NCBI GenBank assembly: GCA_964522265.1
Contig: CAZFVS010000022.1
Coordinates: forward strand, 1-13,122
Reading direction: 5' to 3'
Length of the DNA: 13,122 nt
From: an uncultured Gammaproteobacteria bacterium
GTDB lineage: Bacteria; Patescibacteriota; Microgenomatia; Daviesbacterales; UBA10151
This document shows positions 7,051 to 12,774 of this stretch, piece by piece. The notes beneath the pieces were generated by a model. It worked only from the letters and a program-made list of their open reading frames with translations. It made no database searches and was not told where the DNA came from. Within the stretch, counting starts at the first letter, position 1. The number at the start of each line of letters is the position of its first letter. The position numbers and the translations under genes are program-made.

Positions 7051-7701
7051 TTAATACAATTCAACAATAGATAGCTTTAAACTGTTGTTAGTATAATCAA
7101 AATTAAAAGTGATGTCTTTGGAGCGGTTGCTGGTGATATATAAGTTTTGCATAGAATTACTGTACCTGTTGCCCGGAGTATAATAAATAGAAACACCATA
7201 TTTTTTGGGCACATCAGGAATGGCTGCAAAATCATGGTTAGTTGGGGCTTCCGTCTCAAGATGCGCATCTTTGGCTGCCCAGTAGATAAGTGAGGCTAAG
7301 TGGCATATACCATCGCCATACAGATAACCGTCAGACTTAAAGCCGTCAGAATAGTTGAAATGAGCATTGGTTGTTTTAACCACTTTTCCCCGGTATTTAT
7401 CCAAAACATCATCATGGAAAGCAAAAGTCTGCCCGGGTTTTAAGGTAAATGAATACTTTGAATCTTTTTCAATTTGAGCCCAGTCTATCTGAGATTTGTT
7501 GGTAATAACATCATTCATGTAGTTTAAATTAAGTAAAATGTTGTCCTTGAACACACTATTAACAAATCGGTCAGGTTGACGGTTAGAAAGAGGTAGGGTG
7601 TGAGTGGATAAAACCACGTAAGCTTTCCCTGGAATCTGCTGAGGGGTGGAAAGAGCCAGAAATGAGATAGTTGCAAAAGCCACAAAATTATTTTTAAACA
7701 T
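7051..7701 (-). CDS. VanW-like domain protein, secreted
   Basis: The core GYLYGDGICHLASLIYWAAKDAHLETEAPTNHDF...YGVSIYY...NLYITSNRSKDITF parallels the VanW pattern G-GGGxCQxS[ST]xLYxAA...H...Y..G.DA. A signal-like N-terminus (MFKNNFVAFATISFLALS) follows if the start is ATG 7701. The track start at 7737 lies in the loop of a terminator hairpin. Confidence 0.6.
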   Translation of the reverse strand: MFKNNFVAFATISFLALSTPQQIPGKAYVVLSTHTLPLSNRQPDRFVNSVFKDNILLNLNYMNDVITNKSQIDWAQIEKDSKYSFTLKPGQTFAFHDDVLDKYRGKVVKTTNAHFNYSDGFKSDGYLYGDGICHLASLIYWAAKDAHLETEAPTNHDFAAIPDVPKKYGVSIYYTPGNRYSNSMQNLYITSNRSKDITFNFDYTNNSLKLSIVELY

Positions 7702-7720
7702 AAACTTTTTGTTCGGACAT

Positions 7721-7746
7721 AAAAAAACAGGTCGCATGACCTGTTT
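7721..7746 (-). terminator. Intrinsic terminator-like hairpin plus U-tract, downstream of the 7834..8130 gene
   Basis: A perfect 9-bp stem, aaacaggtc (7725-7733) with gacctgttt (7738-7746), and a 4-nt loop. On the minus strand the hairpin is followed directly by TTTTTTT (complement of 7721-7727). Confidence 0.65.
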
Positions 7747-7833
7747 AATGTAGCTAAGTATAACATACTATAAGTCAAAAGTCAAGTTTACGGGAGATTA
7801 CGAAATATAAATAATTTGGGTTGTTATGGCAAT

Positions 7834-8130
7834 CTAAAATTGAGATGTTTCTTTGTGGAGATTGGTAAAATCCTCTGAATAATCCGTTGGTGTTAATTTT
7901 TCTATCTCGCCTTTCAGGTTAGAATTTTGGTCAATTGGGGGTAGGGAGGGCTTGCCCGCTTCGCCAGCGAAGCGAGGCGAGGGAGTGGGTAATGGTAAGG
8001 CTTGTTTAGTAATTTTAGGAAATATTAGCTGTGTTTCTTTGTTTCCGGAAAATATTTTTATTCCATAAAATAGCGCAAAACCGATTAAAATAGCAACTAT
8101 AATTATGAAAACCAGTTTTTTAAAATTCAT
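7834..8130 (-). CDS. Small membrane-anchored, Pro-rich hypothetical protein
   Basis: 98-aa ORF with an ATG start and N-terminal TM helix LVFIIIVAILIGFALFYGIKIF. The rest is low-complexity and contains repeat copy B, read as SPRFAGEAG. No family recognised. Confidence 0.4.
   Translation of the reverse strand: MNFKKLVFIIIVAILIGFALFYGIKIFSGNKETQLIFPKITKQALPLPTPSPRFAGEAGKPSLPPIDQNSNLKGEIEKLTPTDYSEDFTNLHKETSQF
7954..7980. repeat. GC-rich palindromic repeat, copy B (inverted relative to copy A at 6000-6026)
   Basis: GCCCGCTTCGCCAGCGAAGCGAGGCGA is the reverse complement of 6000-6026 (TCGCCTCGCTTCGCGGGCGAAGCGGGC) at 26 of 27 positions. The internal palindrome is CGCTTCGC..GCGAAGCG. Confidence 0.85.
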
Positions 8131-8140
8131 AAATTAAGTA

Positions 8141-8250
8141 GTTTGTTTGGGGTCCTGCCTCCTCAGTATCCCGCGTGCGTCCTCGGGGCTAACAAGCCCC
8201 TGCGGTCGACGCGCGGGGATCCCTCTTCGGAGTCACCCCTGCACAAACCC
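8141..8250. ncRNA. GC-rich structured intergenic element; candidate ncRNA or structured intercistronic RNA of unknown class, strand undetermined
   Basis: Nested helices can be drawn by hand. Outer helices: 8141-8145/8244-8248 and 8149-8153/8235-8239. A 10-bp helix: 8170-8175 plus 8178-8181 with 8208-8217. Hairpin GGGGCU-AACA-AGCCCC at 8185-8200. Hairpin CUC-UUCG-GAG at 8223-8232. There is no U-tract on either strand. It lies in the 138-nt gap between two minus-strand genes. Confidence 0.35.
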
Positions 8251-8268
8251 GAAACTATCTCAATTAAG

Positions 8269-8811
8269 TTACCTGGACTCTGGATTCTTGTTACTTGCTA
8301 CTAGGTTCTTGATAATCTTTTGTGATTTAAGCACTTTTGAGCTTAAAATATTTGTATCAGATTCAAGCAGGGAAATAGCGGCGTCAGCATCAGATTTAAT
8401 ATTTGCTTCAGATGTGAGATTAAAAATATAAATTTTTGCAGCTTGGTATGCAACAGCCTCATGAGCAAAAGTAAGCCAATACCTGGCATTTTCTACAGGT
8501 TCACTTAAATTTCTGGTGATACCATTATTGCTTTTCTCCTCAAGGCTGTTCCGTCTGATATATTCTTCTAAAATTTGGCCCTGCCTTTCCATATTCTGTC
8601 CCAGCTCAGTAGTAATTTTTTTGTTTAAGCCGGCAATTTTTTGGGATAAATCTTCCAGTGTTTGTTTATGGTTAGGGGAGTATAAGGCAACTTTTTGATC
8701 ATAGACAGATTTTTGTGAGTTTAAGATATCAGCAGGAGTGGTTCTGGCTGATGTTGCAGCAGCAAAAAAAGAAGCTATTAAAATTAGGATCAAACACAAA
8801 AGTATTTTCAC
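8269..8811 (-). CDS. Secreted alpha-helical hypothetical protein
   Basis: 180-aa ORF with a signal-peptide-like N-terminus (KILLCLILILIASFFAAATSA). The start codon is GTG (8811-8809) and overlaps the tdk TGA stop by 4 nt (GTGA), which suggests translational coupling. No family recognised. Confidence 0.5.
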   Translation of the reverse strand: MKILLCLILILIASFFAAATSARTTPADILNSQKSVYDQKVALYSPNHKQTLEDLSQKIAGLNKKITTELGQNMERQGQILEEYIRRNSLEEKSNNGITRNLSEPVENARYWLTFAHEAVAYQAAKIYIFNLTSEANIKSDADAAISLLESDTNILSSKVLKSQKIIKNLVASNKNPESR

Positions 8812-9455
8812 TTAAAATTTGGTTTTCCGGACACAATATGATGGATTAGACACCTTGCGCCATATGTTACTCTACTGTTTTTCAACGGGTCTTTGCCTCC
8901 AACAACAACCCGGTTGCTATCATAAGGCGCCGGCAGGCCATCAATAAACATTTGGGTTCTGGTAGCATTGTCAAGCCCGCACTCATTGCAGCCTGAAACA
9001 AGCTTTTCAATACTCGTTGCAACAGCCATCATGGCAGCAGATGTCGGCCAAACTTCTTCATTAAAATATTGGTCCAGACCTGCGGCATATACTTTAATAC
9101 CCCTTTTTTGTGCTTCAACAGCAAGAAGGGCAAGTCTGGTATCAAAAAACTGCATCTCATCAACAGCCAGAACCCTTGGCTTAGTGCTTTTATCAAATAG
9201 GTGTTTTGTTATCATCATTTGATAGATCTCGTCAGCAGAGGATGCGTTTTCAGCAGGCAGCATGAGGCCGTTTTTTGATTTTAAGATTTTTTCTCCTGCC
9301 CGTTTTATCTCTAAAGTATGTGTAACGATAAGATGAGGATTGTTGAAATGCAAATGTTTTGCAACTTTGAGCCCCAGCCAGCCTGTTTTGTCGGCAAACA
9401 TTGGACCTGCTGCCACTTCAATAGTTCCGAGTTCATGAGAGTATTCAGGCCCCAT
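8808..9455 (-). CDS. tdk: Thymidine kinase (TK1-type)
   Basis: P-loop region AAGPMFADKTGWL, VLAVDEMQFFD, VYAAGLDQYF, and a zinc-ribbon-like C-terminus (SGCNECG ... YGARCLIHH). Length (215 aa) and motif order are as in bacterial Tdk. Confidence 0.8.
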   Translation of the reverse strand: MGPEYSHELGTIEVAAGPMFADKTGWLGLKVAKHLHFNNPHLIVTHTLEIKRAGEKILKSKNGLMLPAENASSADEIYQMMITKHLFDKSTKPRVLAVDEMQFFDTRLALLAVEAQKRGIKVYAAGLDQYFNEEVWPTSAAMMAVATSIEKLVSGCNECGLDNATRTQMFIDGLPAPYDSNRVVVGGKDPLKNSRVTYGARCLIHHIVSGKPNFK

Positions 9456-9461
9456 GCAATT

Positions 9462-9490
9462 AAATTAAAAGAAGTTCCAAGAAATAGCAA
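9462..9490 (-). promoter_or_regulatory. Candidate sigma70-like promoter for tdk, possibly giving a leaderless or near-leaderless mRNA
   Basis: The minus strand reads TTGCTA (9490-9485), a 17-nt spacer, TAATTT (9467-9462), 6 nt, then the ATG (9455). No SD is present. Confidence 0.3.
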
Positions 9491-9531
9491 GAGGGCAGAG
9501 ATTCCGTGGGTAAACTTTGGACAAAGTATGT

Positions 9532-9546
9532 ACACTATCATAGTGT
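9532..9546. promoter_or_regulatory. Perfect 7-1-7 palindrome ACACTAT-C-ATAGTGT; candidate operator
   Basis: Read directly from the divergent tdk / nuclease-cmk intergenic region. Confidence 0.35.
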
Positions 9547-9550
9547 TCTC

Positions 9551-9569
9551 GAAAATTATAGAAAATTAT
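9551..9569. repeat. Tandem direct repeat GAAAATTAT with 10-nt period (two copies)
   Basis: gaaaattata gaaaattatt, read directly. It lies between the two palindromes. Confidence 0.5.
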
Positions 9570-9583
9570 TTGTATACCAAAAA

Positions 9584-9597
9584 TTCACAATTGTGAA
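9584..9597. promoter_or_regulatory. Perfect 14-nt palindrome TTCACAA-TTGTGAA; candidate operator
   Basis: Read directly. Its centre is about 51-52 nt from the centre of the 9532-9546 palindrome. Confidence 0.35.
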
Positions 9598-9727
9598 GAA
9601 ATGGTATAACAGTATAACCTGGTTTTCTGAACTCCCACATTCCATGTGGGAAGCTACTTCAAAGGCTAGAGATCAAACGCAAAAATTAAACGATCGTTGC
9701 ATATGGTGAGTCTTTACAGGAGAAAAC

Positions 9728-10621
9728 TTGTGGAGTATCTTGAATGATATGCCTTATGGTGATGGGATAGAAAGAATCAACTGCTTTTCGCTGACGGATT
9801 TTCATGATTTTGATGATTGTGAGTTCAGGTTTTATGTGAGACACAATCTTGACCGAAAATATGAAATTGATGAGGGCTCCCCTCAAATGGCTTTGGGCTC
9901 GCTTTTGGACCAGTCAATAAAAAAATTCCATAAATCAAAAGCATACGGAGTGAGTGCTGATTATCTGTCAAATATTGTGAGAGCTTCTGCAAATTTTATG
10001 AAAGAGCAGGTTTTAGAAAAAGGCCCACGCTCTTTTTTTGGCTCAAGCGCTCCTTTCTTAACTGAAGATTTAATCTTGAGGGCAGCAGATATTTTTAAAA
10101 ATTATTATGAAAAAAAGAAGGGTAAAATCAGGCAGTCTTTGGGGGATGTTGGATTTTGTGAGTGGATCATTAGAGAGGATAGATCCTTTAAACTTTGGGG
10201 CGGGCCGGATACTTTGGAGATGGGGGATGATGGGGTAGCAGAGATTGTGGATTATAAAAGCCGTGAGAATTTGGATAAAAATTTTGATATGGAACTTATG
10301 CCCAAAATTTATACACTGCTTGTTGCAAAAAAACTTTTGGAGATGGGGCATAAAAAAGCGCGGTTTGTGATTAGAATTTGGCAGGATCCGGCAGATGAGG
10401 ATATCTTTGAAGAGTTTGATTTAGAAAATTTAGGGGATATTGCAAAATTGTTTAGAGAGAAGATTGATATAATTTTGGAAAATACTGAAATTCAATTTTG
10501 CAACAGGAAATATTGCAGGGCATGCAATAGCGAAAAAAGGGATGAATATCTAAAAGAGCTTAAGAAGATGGGATTGACAGTTAAACTGGATTCTGAGTTG
10601 TTCCGAGTTTTTCCGAAATAA
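9728..10621 (+). CDS. PD-(D/E)XK nuclease, Cas4/RecB-like, with four candidate Fe-S cluster cysteines
   Basis: GGPD (D161) followed by AEIVDYKS (E172, D175, K177) forms a D...(D/E)xK core. The N-terminal Cys context FDDCEFRFY (C31) is Cas4-like. The C-terminal cysteines are C258-x4-C263-x2-C266. TTG at 9728 is preceded by AGGAG (9718-9722). ATG at 9749 is an alternative start. Confidence 0.65.
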   Translation: MWSILNDMPYGDGIERINCFSLTDFHDFDDCEFRFYVRHNLDRKYEIDEGSPQMALGSLLDQSIKKFHKSKAYGVSADYLSNIVRASANFMKEQVLEKGPRSFFGSSAPFLTEDLILRAADIFKNYYEKKKGKIRQSLGDVGFCEWIIREDRSFKLWGGPDTLEMGDDGVAEIVDYKSRENLDKNFDMELMPKIYTLLVAKKLLEMGHKKARFVIRIWQDPADEDIFEEFDLENLGDIAKLFREKIDIILENTEIQFCNRKYCRACNSEKRDEYLKELKKMGLTVKLDSELFRVFPK

Positions 10622-11148
10622 TGAAATTTAAAAACATCGCTGTTTCAGGAGGGATCGCCACCGGTAAATCTACTTTAGCCAGGAATCTGGCTCAAACTTT
10701 AGGCTGGGATTGGTTGTCTGCCGGGGAATATTTCAGGAAATGGCATGGTAAGCATAAAATTCCTCTCCATCGTTCAGGAAAAGTACCGCAGGAGTTAGAC
10801 AAAAAATTTGATAAACATTTCCAAAGCTTAATGAAAAATAAAGCGCATGTGGTGTTTGAGTCGCATTTAGCAGGTTTTTTTGCCAAGGATTTCCCGGAAA
10901 CTTTTAAGGTGCTTTGCTACGCTGACCTGAAAACCAGGATTAAAAGGGCAGCGATAAGGGATGTGGTGAGTGAGGAAGAAGCTGCAAAAAATATCAAAGC
11001 GAGGGCAGAGTCACACAGAAAAAAATTTAAAAAGTTATACGGGGTGGAAAACAGACTGGATGAGAGCTATTTTAATCTTGTGGTGGATACTACTAAGATG
11101 ACACCTGAGGAAGTTTTGGGGGTAGTTCTCACTTCGTTCGAACAATAA
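10621..11148 (+). CDS. cmk: Cytidylate kinase, archaeal-type (short Cmk / CMP kinase 2 family)
   Basis: 175 aa. P-loop VSGGIATGKST. SAGEYFRK, FESHLAGFF, a lid-like KTRIKRAAIRD, KKLYGVENRLDESYFNLVVDTTKMTPEEV. These are collinear with the archaeal-type Cmk sequences I recall. The ATG overlaps the upstream TAA by 1 nt (TAATG). Confidence 0.7.
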   Translation: MKFKNIAVSGGIATGKSTLARNLAQTLGWDWLSAGEYFRKWHGKHKIPLHRSGKVPQELDKKFDKHFQSLMKNKAHVVFESHLAGFFAKDFPETFKVLCYADLKTRIKRAAIRDVVSEEEAAKNIKARAESHRKKFKKLYGVENRLDESYFNLVVDTTKMTPEEVLGVVLTSFEQ

Positions 11149-11199
11149 TATGTCCGGATTTTGTCCAGTGGAGTTGCCTTTTAGTGTTAAAATAACCCT

Positions 11200-12594
11200 A
11201 TGCCAATTTTAAAAAGAACAATGTTTCGTGAATACGATCTGCGGGGACGCGAATCAGAAGATGAGTTGAATGATGAATCTTTGTATTACATTGGGAGGGG
11301 ATTTGGCACTTATCTAAAAAAAAGAAATATCACAGAAGCTGTAGTTGGGCATGACGCCAGAGGAACTTCAGAGAGTTTCCATGCAAATGTTATAAAAGGA
11401 CTTTTGGAATGCGGGATTAATGTTATAGATATTGGAACAGTGACTACCCCAATGGGTTATTGGGCGCAGTACCATCTCAAAGTTAAGGGGCTTGTGACTG
11501 TTACAGCCAGTCATAATCCGGTTGGATGGAATGGTGTTAAGTTAGGCTCAGATTTTTCCTACACACTCCTAACAGATGAGCTAAATGAGGTTTATGACAT
11601 CATCTGTAAAGAAGAGTTTGCAAACGGCAAAGGGACGATCTGTAAAGAAGATATTTTAGAGCATTATACAAAAGATCTGTTATCTAAGGTAACAATTTCC
11701 AAAAAATTTAAAATTTTAATCAATACGGGCAACGGTACAGCAGGCATTGTTGATCCTAAAATTTTTAAAAAAGCCGGTTGCGAAGTGGTGGAGCATTTCA
11801 CTGAAATTGATCCTTCATATCCTAACTACACACCCAATCCAGACGGCACAGCCATGATGGAGGATACAGGCAAACAAACTGTTAAAAATAAATGCGACCT
11901 AGGGTTCGCTTTTGACGGGGATGGTGATAGATTAGGGTTAGTTGATGAAAAAGGTGAGATTATTTGGCCGGATAGATATATTATTTTGCTTTCCAGATTA
12001 ATCTTGTCAAAAAAACCAGGGGCGAAAATTGTCTTTGATGTGAAAGTTTCAGAGGCTTTGCCTGAGGATATTAAAGCTCATGGTGGACACCCAATTATGT
12101 GGAAGACAGGTCATTCTTATATCAAAGCTAAACTGGCTGAGGAAAAAGCTGAGTTGGCAGGGGAAATGAGCGGGCATATATTTTTTGTGCATGATTTTTA
12201 TGGTTTTGATGATGCAACTTTTGCCGGACTTAAATTATTAGAATATTTATCAACTCAGGATCAGTCGTTGTCAAAGATCGTTGCAAAAACTCCTTATTAT
12301 GTTTCAACCCCTACAATTCAGGTTGAAACTACAGATGAAGATAAATATAAAGTAGTAGAGGCTTTAACTAAAGAATTTAAATCTGAGGGTTATAAAGTAA
12401 TAGATATAAATGGGGCGAGAGTTTATACAGAATATGGTTGGGGATTATTGCGTGCCTCATCTAATACTCCGACTTTAGTGCTCAGGTTTGAGGCTAAAAC
12501 TGAAGAGGATCTGGAGAAAATAAGGGTTATTTTTAAAGAAAAACTGGACAAATTTCCAATAGTCTCTAAAACCTGGGATTCTACCGGGCATTAG
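11200..12594 (+). CDS. Phosphomannomutase/phosphoglucomutase (alpha-D-phosphohexomutase family)
   Basis: Active-site Ser loop TVTASHNPVGWNGVK, Mg loop FAFDGDGDRLG, sugar loop GEMSGH, and phosphate loop LLRASSNTPTLVLRFEA (AlgC/ManB-like rather than GlmM-like). Confidence 0.9.
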   Translation: MPILKRTMFREYDLRGRESEDELNDESLYYIGRGFGTYLKKRNITEAVVGHDARGTSESFHANVIKGLLECGINVIDIGTVTTPMGYWAQYHLKVKGLVTVTASHNPVGWNGVKLGSDFSYTLLTDELNEVYDIICKEEFANGKGTICKEDILEHYTKDLLSKVTISKKFKILINTGNGTAGIVDPKIFKKAGCEVVEHFTEIDPSYPNYTPNPDGTAMMEDTGKQTVKNKCDLGFAFDGDGDRLGLVDEKGEIIWPDRYIILLSRLILSKKPGAKIVFDVKVSEALPEDIKAHGGHPIMWKTGHSYIKAKLAEEKAELAGEMSGHIFFVHDFYGFDDATFAGLKLLEYLSTQDQSLSKIVAKTPYYVSTPTIQVETTDEDKYKVVEALTKEFKSEGYKVIDINGARVYTEYGWGLLRASSNTPTLVLRFEAKTEEDLEKIRVIFKEKLDKFPIVSKTWDSTGH

Positions 12595-12761
12595 ATATTT
12601 CTCAGAGGTACTTCTAAATGGGTTTGAATAGCTTCTGCTAAGTTTTTTTTGGTTTCCGCAACAGTTTTCCCCCAAGTATGGACGCCTTTGAGTAATGGGA
12701 CAAAACCATGATAGCCATCTTCATCAGGTTCAATAATTGTGCGGTAAGTATAAGTTTTCAT
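12591..12761 (-). CDS. HicB-like / UPF0150 family small protein (antitoxin N-terminal fold only)
   Basis: MKTYTYRTIIEPDEDGYHGFVPLLKGVHTWGKTVAETKKNLAEAIQTHLE fits the HicB N-terminal domain pattern (y.a.ie.d.dG.y.a.vP.l.Gc.t.G.T.eEa..n..eAi). I place the start at ATG 12761. The longer track ORF from 12815 would overlap the tgt start. Confidence 0.55.
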   Translation of the reverse strand: MKTYTYRTIIEPDEDGYHGFVPLLKGVHTWGKTVAETKKNLAEAIQTHLEVPLRNI

Positions 12762-12774
12762 GGTTGTATTATAA

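Noticed and set aside
7702-7737. Longer start for the VanW-like ORF at 7737 (MRPVFLCPNKKF...)
   Set aside because: The ATG at 7737-7735 lies in the loop of the terminator hairpin (7725-7746), and the extension reads through its U-tract. The ATG at 7701 yields a signal-peptide-like N-terminus.
8141-8250. The GC-rich element as SRP (4.5S) RNA, a hammerhead or HDV-like ribozyme, or a c-di-GMP or fluoride riboswitch
   Set aside because: The conserved SRP helix-8 GGAA loop and GGAAGCAGCC 3' strand are absent. The minus strand has a CUGAGGA, but there is no correctly placed GAAA or three-helix junction. The similarity to HDV (GGUCC.GCCUCCUC) is not accompanied by the P1/P3 pairings. The short GGACGCA match to GEMM-I is in the wrong position. 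The element is left unclassified.
8147-8431. 94-aa plus-strand ORF across the GC-rich element
   Set aside because: It is Arg/Pro/Ser/Gly-rich over the GC island. It then runs antisense to the better-supported 8269..8811 gene. There is no start context or recognisable family, so it is likely a compositional artefact.
9311-9886. Small ORFs in and around the tdk-nuclease spacer (9311..9541 -, 9318..9596 +, 9506..9709 +, 9686..9886 -)
   Set aside because: They overlap tdk, the nuclease gene or the AT-rich control region. They have no recognisable motifs or start context. The region is better explained as regulatory DNA.
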